Assembly: GCA_007132225.1 (NCBI GenBank)
Contig: SLPB01000045.1
Coordinates: 11,940 to 75,939, forward strand
Source of the DNA: Bacteroidales bacterium
GTDB lineage: Bacteria > Bacteroidota > Bacteroidia > Bacteroidales > PUMT01
DNA: 64,000 bases
Direction of reading: 5' to 3'
Position 1 is the stretch's first letter, and every line of letters starts with the position of its first letter. The notes under the pieces are model-generated. The model had not been told where the DNA came from. It did not search any database and was given only the letters and a program-made list of their open reading frames with translations. Positions 40,603-49,019 of this stretch are shown piece by piece. The translations under genes and the position numbers were made by a program.

Positions 40603-40627
40603 TAACAAATAGTAGTGGTATTTGTTA
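40603..40627. promoter_or_regulatory. Inverted repeat TAACAAATA-n7-TATTTGTTA in the divergent sufB/thiL control region
   Basis: 9-bp perfect arms at 40603-11 / 40619-27. It lies about 150 nt upstream of the sufB ATG and about 70 nt upstream of the thiL ATG. Confidence 0.25.
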
Positions 40628-40693
40628 AATACGGTATTCATTATACTGTATACTATAGCAGCAAAAAGAAACTTTTTAACTCACTGGATCATT

Positions 40694-41740
40694 ATGAATG
40701 AAGAAGATAAAACAATTTCTGAACTGGGCGAATTCGGCCTTATCAGGCATCTCACCCAAGATATACGGCTAAAAAATCCCGGCACCCTGAAAGGGGTTGG
40801 TGATGATGCAGCAGTATTAGACTACACGGGAAAACTTGTTGTTGTTACAAGCGATATGCTCCTGGAAGGTATCCATTTCAACCTGATGTATACCCCAATG
40901 AAACATCTGGGCTACAAAGCCGTTGTATCAAATATATCGGATCTGTACGCGATGAATGCCATTCCAAAACAAATAATTGTCTCCCTGGCATTTTCAAAAA
41001 AACTCACCCTTAAACAGATTGAAAACCTGTATGCAGGAATAAAACTAGCGTGCGACAATTTTAATGTGGATCTGGCAGGAGGGGATACATCAACATCACT
41101 TACAGGTATGGCAATAAGTATAACAGCACTGGGGGAGGGTGAAAAAGAGAGGTTGGTTTACAGAAGCGGAGCAAAGAAGAACGACCTGATTTGTGTAACC
41201 GGAGATCTGGGTGCCGCTTACCTGGGATTGCAGCTTCTGGAAAGAGAAAAAAAGATTTTTCTTGAAAACCCTGAAATAGAACCCCAACTGGAAGGTTATG
41301 ATTATGTTCTTCAAAGGCAGCTAAAACCTGAACCGAGAGCAGACATCATTGAATTTTTCAGGGAAAACAATGTTTCCCCTTCTGCTATGATAGATATATC
41401 TGACGGACTCTCTTCAGAAATACTGCACATCTGCAACGAATCCAAAACCGGTTGCAAGCTTTTTGCTGAGCATATACCTGTTAATCAGGAAGCTGAGAAT
41501 CTTGCAGCAGAATTCAATATAACTCCAATTGTAGCAGCGCTAAATGGAGGAGAGGATTACGAATTACTTTTTACAATATCGCCGGGTGAGTTTGTAAAGA
41601 TAAAGGACAACAAAAATATTAAAACAATCGGGCATATAACTGACAGGGAAAACGGACATCACCTTATAACTTCCGATGGCACATTCATCCCCCTGCAAGC
41701 TCAGGGCTGGGACACTTTCGAAAATATAACAGATAAATAA
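40694..41740 (+). CDS. thiL: Thiamine-monophosphate kinase
   Basis: It carries the AIR-synthase-fold ThiL motifs GEFGLI and GVGDDAAVL. ATG 40694 is preferred over the track start at 40622. Confidence 0.9.
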   Translation: MNEEDKTISELGEFGLIRHLTQDIRLKNPGTLKGVGDDAAVLDYTGKLVVVTSDMLLEGIHFNLMYTPMKHLGYKAVVSNISDLYAMNAIPKQIIVSLAFSKKLTLKQIENLYAGIKLACDNFNVDLAGGDTSTSLTGMAISITALGEGEKERLVYRSGAKKNDLICVTGDLGAAYLGLQLLEREKKIFLENPEIEPQLEGYDYVLQRQLKPEPRADIIEFFRENNVSPSAMIDISDGLSSEILHICNESKTGCKLFAEHIPVNQEAENLAAEFNITPIVAALNGGEDYELLFTISPGEFVKIKDNKNIKTIGHITDRENGHHLITSDGTFIPLQAQGWDTFENITDK

Positions 41741-41936
41741 TCCACCCCCGGTTTATTTTTGGTGTAAGTAAATGCAGTCCATAAAAATATGGTAAATATT
41801 TCCCGTTAATAGGCCAGCATAACAACCCTGAAAAATAAATTACAGACAGAAGGAAAAATACAGTGGAATTCCCGGTATATTCAGTTCTGGCCTTTAAAGA
41901 ATAATATGGAAATGGAAGCTGGAGAAACTGGAAGGA

Positions 41937-42746
41937 TTAAAAATCATCTTCGTCAGGTTTCCCGTTTTCCACATCATACCCTTTAATTATTCCCCTTGTG
42001 GAATTTTTAACAAAACTAACTATGTTTTCCCTCTCATCACTTACCGGAAATTCATTTACAATTCTTTCGAGTGCCTGTGAGGTATTTAAACCTTTCTGAT
42101 AGAGAACCCTTAAAATATCCTGTATATTATAAATGGTATCGTTGGAAAATTTTCTTCGGCGCAAACCTATAGTGTTAACACCCACATATTGAATCGGTTC
42201 TCGGGAGGCCCGGATATAGGGAGGAATATCCTTTCTCACCTTGGATGCACCTCCAACCATACTGTGAGCACCAATCCTGCAGAACTGGTGAACCGCGGTC
42301 ATCCCCCCGATGATTGCAAAATCCCCAACCTCGATCTCACCGGCAAGGCCAACACTGTTTACCAGTATGCAACCGTTGCCGATAACACAATCATGAGCAA
42401 CATGAACATATGCCATCAACATGGTATTACTTCCGACCACTGTTTTACTCTTTGCAGCAGTGCCCTTGTTAATAGTCACACATTCACGAATAATTGTATT
42501 GTCGCCTATTTCGGCAATTGTTTTTTCCCCTCTATATTTCAGATCCTGCGGAATACCTGATACCACAGCGCCCGGAAATATTTTACAATTGTTCCCGATC
42601 CGGGCTCCGTCCATAATGGTTACATTAGGTCCGATCCATGTACCATCTCCTATCACTACATCCTGTGATATGGTTGAGAATGATTCAACTATAACATTTT
42701 TGCCTATTTGGGCATCCGGATGAATTTGATTAAATGCTTTTTTCAT
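41937..42746 (-). CDS. lpxA: Acyl-ACP--UDP-N-acetylglucosamine O-acyltransferase
   Basis: 269 aa. It has hexapeptide repeats, the LpxA C-terminal helical domain and an IHPDAQIG start. Confidence 0.95.
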   Translation of the reverse strand: MKKAFNQIHPDAQIGKNVIVESFSTISQDVVIGDGTWIGPNVTIMDGARIGNNCKIFPGAVVSGIPQDLKYRGEKTIAEIGDNTIIRECVTINKGTAAKSKTVVGSNTMLMAYVHVAHDCVIGNGCILVNSVGLAGEIEVGDFAIIGGMTAVHQFCRIGAHSMVGGASKVRKDIPPYIRASREPIQYVGVNTIGLRRRKFSNDTIYNIQDILRVLYQKGLNTSQALERIVNEFPVSDERENIVSFVKNSTRGIIKGYDVENGKPDEDDF

Positions 42747-42770
42747 CTTATAAATATTACCTGCATTTTT

Positions 42771-44168
42771 TTAAGTTTTAGTCTTGACAATCTGGGCCAT
42801 CATCTCTCCTTCCATAACCAGATTTTCACCAACGAATGCCTGACCAAACATATATGCTATCCCCCTGCGGAGGGGGCTCCGGTATTCAAGCTTAAAGACA
42901 AGCGTGTCACCGGGCACAACTTTGCGTTTAAATTTCACCTTATCAATTTTTAAAAAATAGGTGGAGTAATTCTCAGGATCGGGTACGGAACTAAGTACCA
43001 GGATACCACCTACCTGGGCCATCGCTTCAACCTGAATGACACCAGGCATAATAGGCTCCCCGGGAAAATGGCCAATAAAAAAGTCCTCGTTCATGGTAAT
43101 ATTTTTGACCCCGATAATTGTGGAATCGGTCATTGCAACGATTTTGTCAACAAACAAAAATGGCGGCCTGTGAGGCAGAATACCCATTATCTGGTTCACA
43201 TTATAAAAGGGTTCAGCTTTCGGATCAAAAGCAGGAAACTGGTGCTTGGTCTCTTCCTGTCGTATTATGCTTTTGACCTTTCTTGCCAATTGGTTATTTG
43301 CATAATGTCCCGGCCGGCTGGCAACAATTTTACCTTTTAAAGGGCGCCCGATCAGGGCAAGGTCACCCAAAATATCCAAAAGTTTATGACGTGCAGGCTC
43401 ATTGCTAAAATACATATCCAGATTATTCAGCACCCCTTCGGAATTTCTTTTTATCCTGGGTTTATTAAAAAGATCTGCAATACGGTCCAGCTCTTCCTGG
43501 GGTACCTCCTTATCAAGAATGACAATTGCATTTTCAAGGTCACCGCCTTTTATCAGGTTATTTTTCAGAAGAAACTCCAGTTCATGAAAAAAAACAAAAG
43601 TCCGGCAGGGTGAAATCTCATTTTCAAAATCCTGAAGTTTAGCCAGAGATGCATACTGATGACCCAGTACTTTGGAATTGTAATCAATCATGACATTAAC
43701 TGAAAACTTGTCATCAGGAAAAATTATTATTTCAATACCTTTTTCATGGTCGGAATAGACAATCTTCTCCTTTATTTCATAATAATTTTTATTTGCTAGC
43801 TGTTCAATCAGTCCTGCCTCCTTCAAAGCTTTTACTACAAATTTGGAGCTGCCATCAATAATGGGTGCTTCAGGTCCGCTGATCTCCATAAGAACATTAT
43901 CAATCTCCAGGCCATACAAAGCTGCCATGATATGCTCAATGGTTCCTATCCGCACACCATTTTCTTCAATCGTAGTGCCACGTGAAGTATCGGTAACAAA
44001 TTCGGCTGATGCATGTATAACAGGTTTATCCTCAAGATCAATCCTTTGAAAAGCATATCCATGATTCTCCGGTGCTGGCTTAAAGGTTAAATCAACCTGC
44101 AAACCAGTATGGAGACCCTTTCCACTCAATGTAACCGGCTTTTTTATTGTTTTCTGCTTTTTAGACAT
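42771..44168 (-). CDS. lpxC: Bifunctional UDP-3-O-acyl-GlcNAc deacetylase / 3-hydroxyacyl-ACP dehydratase (LpxC-FabZ fusion)
   Basis: The N-terminal LpxC region has QKTIKKPVTLSGKGLHTG and TIEHIMAAL. The C-terminal FabZ hot-dog has LPHRPPFLFVD and HFPGEPIMPGV. The fusion is characteristic of Bacteroidota. The start is probably ATG 44168. Confidence 0.95.
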   Translation of the reverse strand: MSKKQKTIKKPVTLSGKGLHTGLQVDLTFKPAPENHGYAFQRIDLEDKPVIHASAEFVTDTSRGTTIEENGVRIGTIEHIMAALYGLEIDNVLMEISGPEAPIIDGSSKFVVKALKEAGLIEQLANKNYYEIKEKIVYSDHEKGIEIIIFPDDKFSVNVMIDYNSKVLGHQYASLAKLQDFENEISPCRTFVFFHELEFLLKNNLIKGGDLENAIVILDKEVPQEELDRIADLFNKPRIKRNSEGVLNNLDMYFSNEPARHKLLDILGDLALIGRPLKGKIVASRPGHYANNQLARKVKSIIRQEETKHQFPAFDPKAEPFYNVNQIMGILPHRPPFLFVDKIVAMTDSTIIGVKNITMNEDFFIGHFPGEPIMPGVIQVEAMAQVGGILVLSSVPDPENYSTYFLKIDKVKFKRKVVPGDTLVFKLEYRSPLRRGIAYMFGQAFVGENLVMEGEMMAQIVKTKT

Positions 44169-44504
44169 TTCACTCGTATAAAATATGGTTATAAATCTAT
44201 TTAACAATATAGTGCATATTCACACAACGGTTAATATGCTTTTAATCAACAGATCCTTCATGTTTACACCTTGTATTTTGTATGATCAGGTAGCATAAGG
44301 GATTAAAAGGTATAAATTGCTGGAAATTTTTATCCCGGATCGTGTAAGCGCCTGCAAGGCAGGCCTCAAGGATGCATCAGGATTTATTTACTATTTAAAA
44401 AAACCGCAATATACAAAATTTCAAATAAATATAACCGGTTAACCGAATCAGCAATCAACCGGTTAATTTGTTCTATCCTTGCATTTTAACTAAACCCGGG
44501 CGGG

Positions 44505-45545
44505 TTAACTATTTTTTTTCAACTCCGCAATATCATTCTCAATCTTTCTCAGTTGCTGGTATAATGCAGGTAATTTTTTAAATAAAACATAAGAACGCTG
44601 GTAACTGCCATACTTAAAAGCGGGAGAGCCCTGAATAACCTGATCATCTGCATTAATGCTGCTTGAGACACCGGATTGGGCAGCAATTTTTACTCCATCG
44701 GCAATTCTCAGATGCCCCACTATCCCTACCTGTCCGCCGATCATACACCTGGCCCCGACTTTTGCCGATCCGGCTATACCGGACTGGGCAGCAATTACTG
44801 TATGTTCTCCAACCTCAACATTATGTGCAACCTGAATAAGGTTATCCAGTTTAGCACCTGTTCGAATTATTGTTGACCCGATCATTGCCCTGTCAATGGT
44901 GGTATTTGAACCAATTTCAACATGATCTTCCAAAATAACGTTACCTGTCTGAGGAATTTTTTTATAATTTTGGTCCGTCCGGGGAGCAAATCCAAAACCA
45001 TCACTCCCAATAACAGCACCGGCATGTAAAATGCATCCATTTCCGACATGACAATTCCGGTAAACTTTAACCCCGGGATGAAGCACCGTGTTATCACCAA
45101 TAAAGACATTCTCACCTATAAAAACCTGTGGGTAAATTTTTACATTATTCCCAATTACACAGCCTGAAGAAATTACTGAATAGTGCCCGACATACACTCC
45201 TTCACCTGTTTTGGCGGATGGTGCAATGTATACATCCTTATCAATGCCCGAGGGAAGCGGTGTCATCTCTTCCCTGAGCTGCAGTAGACTTGCAATTGCC
45301 TGATAAGCATCTTCTACACGGATAATCGTGCACGAAACGGGTTTGACAGGCATAAAACCCTTGTTTACAAGAACAACAGATGCATCAGTCTCGTAAATAT
45401 ATTTTTCATATTTGGGGTTGGCAAGAAAAGATAGTGTTCCCGCTTTACCATCTTCGATCTTTGAAACATCATCAACAATAACTTCGGGATCACCTTCTAC
45501 CTCACCTTTTAAGTATTCAGCTATCTGATTTGCTGTAAATTTCAT
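44505..45545 (-). CDS. lpxD: UDP-3-O-acylglucosamine N-acyltransferase
   Basis: 346 aa. It has the N-terminal LpxD domain ([17 protein letters not shown]), a long hexapeptide-repeat region and a C-terminal helix. Confidence 0.93.
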   Translation of the reverse strand: MKFTANQIAEYLKGEVEGDPEVIVDDVSKIEDGKAGTLSFLANPKYEKYIYETDASVVLVNKGFMPVKPVSCTIIRVEDAYQAIASLLQLREEMTPLPSGIDKDVYIAPSAKTGEGVYVGHYSVISSGCVIGNNVKIYPQVFIGENVFIGDNTVLHPGVKVYRNCHVGNGCILHAGAVIGSDGFGFAPRTDQNYKKIPQTGNVILEDHVEIGSNTTIDRAMIGSTIIRTGAKLDNLIQVAHNVEVGEHTVIAAQSGIAGSAKVGARCMIGGQVGIVGHLRIADGVKIAAQSGVSSSINADDQVIQGSPAFKYGSYQRSYVLFKKLPALYQQLRKIENDIAELKKNS

Positions 45546-45720
45546 AATTATTTTAGTTATTTTAAATTATTAGTTTTAGGGATCTTACCATGATGATATT
45601 ATATGGTAAAAATATTGAAAATACTGTCCGGGACGATCCATGCTTTATACATCTCTTTTTGTGTTACACAGTAACTTGGGGCATCATGCTTATAATTTTA
45701 TAATCAGCAAATTATTTCTA

Positions 45721-46980
45721 CTACCCCAGGTCTTTCGGATAGCAAAGAAAATATTTTTTAACGGTTTTTGATAACACCGATACATTAAGCATATCTGAAG
45801 CTACGGAGATATCAGCAAGTACCCCGGTATTAAAAAGAATTCTGATTTTCTCATCTTCAGCACGATAGGCATAGTTGGAAATATTACCGGAATAAACAAA
45901 ATATCCCGTTTCATCAAATGGGACATCATATTGAGAAGCTGCCGCCTGACGAAGTTCTGTTATTGTGTTTTGTGAAAAATCAGTTTCATTAAATTCCAGC
46001 CGGTACAATGACCTTCCTGTAAACCATCCTGAAAGTAATGAGAGAATTCTGTCTGGATGCCCGGACCAAACTTTTGCTGCACTCATTATATCATCATCAT
46101 CAAGATTTACGAAATTATTTATCAGTTGCTTAACGGCAGGAGAATCGGAAAAAATATTTACAGAAGAAAAGTTAATATTGTCCTCGAGAAAAAACTTAAG
46201 ATAGGGAGAAGAAAATAACTTTTCACCATTCACTACAAGTTCCCGTGCACGTTTTAAAACCATTGTAAGTAAGATTTCAGCTGCCAAAACTGTCTTATGA
46301 AAATAAACCTGCCAGTACATTAAACGCCTGGCGATTAAAAATTTCTCAATGGAGTATATACCCTTCCCCTCAACAACAAGCTGATCCTCGTAAACATTCA
46401 GCATTTTTATTATGCGGTCTGATCCGATAACTCCTTCAGTTACACCGGTATAAAAACTGTCCCGTTTAAGATAATCCAGTCGGTCCATATCCAGTTGCCC
46501 GGTCACCAGCTGATGCAAAAATCTTTTGTGATAACGGTCTGAGAAAATATCCATCGCCAAAGATAATTTCCCTCCGAATTGCCCGTTTAGTTCATTCATA
46601 AGCAGGACAGACATGTCTTCATGTGGAATTGCTGGTAAAAGTGAGGGTTCAAGTGTATGGGAAAAGGGGCCATGGCCGATATCATGAAGCAGTATAGCTA
46701 TCAGTGCAGCTTCCTCTTCATGAAAGCTTACCTGGTGATTTTTTGATCTAATCACACCAATGGCCATTTCCATCAAATGCATTGCGCCAAGAGCATGCTG
46801 AAACCTGGTATGTGTGGCACCCGGGTATACTAAATTTGTCATACCCAGTTGCCTTATCCTTCTGAGTCTTTGAAAGTAACTATGTGAGATCAGATCAAAA
46901 ATCAAATCCGATGAAATCCCAATGAAGCCATGAACCGGATCGTTGATAATCTTTCTCTTATTAAAATCAGGCCTCTTCAA
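45721..46980 (-). CDS. HD-domain metal-dependent phosphohydrolase (dGTPase/SAMHD-like superfamily)
   Basis: 419 aa. It has the HD signature TRFQHALGAMHL...LLHDIGHGPFSH...DRLDYLKRD. Confidence 0.85.
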   Translation of the reverse strand: MKRPDFNKRKIINDPVHGFIGISSDLIFDLISHSYFQRLRRIRQLGMTNLVYPGATHTRFQHALGAMHLMEMAIGVIRSKNHQVSFHEEEAALIAILLHDIGHGPFSHTLEPSLLPAIPHEDMSVLLMNELNGQFGGKLSLAMDIFSDRYHKRFLHQLVTGQLDMDRLDYLKRDSFYTGVTEGVIGSDRIIKMLNVYEDQLVVEGKGIYSIEKFLIARRLMYWQVYFHKTVLAAEILLTMVLKRARELVVNGEKLFSSPYLKFFLEDNINFSSVNIFSDSPAVKQLINNFVNLDDDDIMSAAKVWSGHPDRILSLLSGWFTGRSLYRLEFNETDFSQNTITELRQAAASQYDVPFDETGYFVYSGNISNYAYRAEDEKIRILFNTGVLADISVASDMLNVSVLSKTVKKYFLCYPKDLG

Positions 46981-47130
46981 ATATTTAAATTTTATTCAAC
47001 CAGGGTAACAAACAACCTGATAAATATGGAAATTTGTAATTATTTAATTTCTATCAGGTGCAAAATTAAACAAGTTTTACGATTTTTTTTTGGCATAAAT
47101 ACCAAAAGCACTAATTTTCAATCGTATATT

Positions 47131-47162
47131 TTTGTGTTTTAAAGTATTATTTTTTAATTTTG
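47131..47162 (+). promoter_or_regulatory. Candidate Bacteroidota sigma-A promoter for rimP-nusA-infB (-33 TTTG, -7 TAATTTTG)
   Basis: TTTG at 47131-34 and TAATTTTG at 47155-62 (exact TAnnTTTG match), 20 nt apart. It lies about 75 nt upstream of the rimP ATG. Confidence 0.45.
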
Positions 47163-47187
47163 CACGTTGAATGTTGGAAGGTTATTT

Positions 47188-47215
47188 AAAATAGGGGACT
47201 GGAGTCCCCTATTTT
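47188..47215 (+). terminator. Terminator-like leader hairpin (candidate attenuator) 20 nt upstream of rimP
   Basis: Perfect 13-bp stem AAAATAGGGGACT (47188-47200) / AGTCCCCTATTTT (47203-15) with a GC core GGGGAC/GTCCCC and a 3' U-rich arm. It lies between the predicted promoter and rimP. Confidence 0.5.
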
Positions 47216-47235
47216 AATACCAAGAGATAAACAAA

Positions 47236-47703
47236 ATGATTGACAGGGAAATAATATCAGGGATAGTGGAGAAACAACTGGCAGGCAAGGATCTGTTTAT
47301 TGTAGATATTCTGGTAGACCCGGCAAACAATATCAGGGTATTCATTGACAGTGATAAAGGGGTCACCGTAAAAGACTGTGTCGATTTAAACAGAGCACTG
47401 GAAGAAAACCTTAACCGGGATGAAGAAGACTTTCAGCTGGAAGTTTCTTCTCCGGGCCTTTCGGAACCACTGAAAGTTATGCAACAATACCGGAAAAATA
47501 TCGGGCGTGACATTGAAGTGATTACGAAAGAGGGACAAAAGCACGAAGGCAGGTTAATTGAATTAACCTCTGACGGGCTGATAATGGAAGAAACCATTAA
47601 GGTAAAAAGTGAGAATAAAAAGCGTCCGGAAACCAGAACTGTAAAAACTAATTTTGACTTTGATTTTATTAGCTCAACAAAGGTTTTGATATCATATAAA
47701 TAA
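47236..47703 (+). CDS. rimP: Ribosome maturation factor RimP
   Basis: 155 aa. It has RimP family sequence (LEVSSPGLSEPL motif) and sits immediately upstream of nusA. Confidence 0.9.
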   Translation: MIDREIISGIVEKQLAGKDLFIVDILVDPANNIRVFIDSDKGVTVKDCVDLNRALEENLNRDEEDFQLEVSSPGLSEPLKVMQQYRKNIGRDIEVITKEGQKHEGRLIELTSDGLIMEETIKVKSENKKRPETRTVKTNFDFDFISSTKVLISYK

Positions 47704-47722
47704 CTGGATAAAGTTTTAAAAG

Positions 47723-48961
47723 ATGGAAAATTTGAATTTCACAGAACCGTTTTCTGAGTTCAAGGAATTGAAAAGTATAGACCGCGCCACGATGATGAGC
47801 GTGCTTGAGGATGTGTTCAGAAGCATGCTGATTAAATATTACGGAACTGACGAGAATTTTGATATTATTATAAATATAGACAAGGGTGATTTCGAAATAT
47901 GGAGAAACAGGGAAGTAGTTGAAGACGATGACCTGGAGGACCCAAATTTACAGATTACCCTTTCGGAAGCAAAGAAAATTGATCCCGATTATGAAATGGG
48001 AGAGGAAGTGACTGATGAGGTAAAACTTGCTGATTTTGGTCGCAGGGCTATACTGGCACTAAGGCAGAATCTCACATCAAGGATCATGGAGCTGGAAAAG
48101 AATAATGTGTATCTTAAATATAAGGACCGAATAGGCGAGATTGTAACAGGTGACGTTTATCAGGTTTGGAAAAGGGAGATATTGGTTATTGATGATGAAG
48201 GCAATGAACTTATACTGCCGAGAGCAGAGCAGATACCCACTGATTATTTCCGGAAAGGAGATACTTTAAGGGCAATTGTTATGAAGGTTGAAATGAAAAA
48301 CAATGTCCCTCTCATAATTCTTTCAAGGACATCTCCTGTGTTTCTGGAAAGGCTTTTTGAACTTGAAGTGCCGGAAATATATGATGGTCTGATTACAATA
48401 AAGAAGATTGTACGGGTGCCGGGAGAAAGAGCAAAGATTGCAGTTGAATCCTACGATGACCGTATAGATCCGGTTGGGGCCTGTGTTGGCATGAAAGGTT
48501 CCAGGATACATGGAATTGTACGGGAACTCAAAAATGAGAATATCGATGTTATTAACTTCACCACCAACACACAACTTTATATCTCAAGATCATTGAGCCC
48601 GGCCAGGATTACCTCAATTAAAATTATTGAAGAAGAAAAGAAGGCTGAAGTTTTTCTCAAACCCAATGAAGTATCCCTGGCAATTGGAAAGGGAGGACTA
48701 AACATCAAGCTTGCAGGACAGCTCACCGGTTACGAGATAGATGTATTTAGGGATACCGAAAGCGAAGATGATGAAGATGTTAATCTTGATGAGTTCAGTG
48801 ATGAAATTGAAGCCTGGGTAATTGAGGAATTGAAAGCAGTTGGCTGTGATACAGCAAAGAGCGTTCTTGAACTTTCGATTGAAGATCTGGTAAAAAGGAC
48901 TGATCTGGAAGAAGAAACAATCCGGGAAGTTCTGAAGGTTCTCAAGGCTGAATTCGAATAG
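47723..48961 (+). CDS. nusA: Transcription termination/antitermination factor NusA
   Basis: 412 aa with S1 and two KH domains ([25 protein letters not shown]) and an acidic C-terminal region. Confidence 0.95.
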   Translation: MENLNFTEPFSEFKELKSIDRATMMSVLEDVFRSMLIKYYGTDENFDIIINIDKGDFEIWRNREVVEDDDLEDPNLQITLSEAKKIDPDYEMGEEVTDEVKLADFGRRAILALRQNLTSRIMELEKNNVYLKYKDRIGEIVTGDVYQVWKREILVIDDEGNELILPRAEQIPTDYFRKGDTLRAIVMKVEMKNNVPLIILSRTSPVFLERLFELEVPEIYDGLITIKKIVRVPGERAKIAVESYDDRIDPVGACVGMKGSRIHGIVRELKNENIDVINFTTNTQLYISRSLSPARITSIKIIEEEKKAEVFLKPNEVSLAIGKGGLNIKLAGQLTGYEIDVFRDTESEDDEDVNLDEFSDEIEAWVIEELKAVGCDTAKSVLELSIEDLVKRTDLEEETIREVLKVLKAEFE

Positions 48962-48981
48962 TTTTCAAAATACATATAACC

Positions 48982-48998
48982 ATCCCTTCGGGGATTTT
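48982..48998 (+). other. Small UUCG-tetraloop hairpin followed by UUU between nusA and infB
   Basis: ATCCC-TTCG-GGGAT then TTT, read directly from the sequence. The stem is only 5 bp, so function is uncertain (processing site, pause site or weak attenuator). Confidence 0.25.
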
Positions 48999-49019
48999 AA
49001 AAAATCGGGAATTTACAGT

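Noticed and set aside
40453-40641. A 63-codon N-terminal extension of sufB in the ORF track, containing a hydrophobic TM-like stretch. Similar shorter extensions occur for sufC (to 38957), gcvH (to 52608), lpxC-fabZ (to 44207), hemN (from 30688) and thiL (from 40622).
   Set aside because: In each case an internal ATG yields a protein that begins where the conserved family N-terminus begins and has a typical length. The extensions lie in AT-rich upstream DNA and look like chance stop-free runs.
45571-45600. Hairpin TTACCAT-n11-ATGGTAA between the HD hydrolase and lpxD.
   Set aside because: The stem is AT-rich, only 7 bp, with an 11-nt loop and no U-tract in the minus-strand orientation needed to terminate the HD gene. 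It is too weak to call a terminator or regulatory element.
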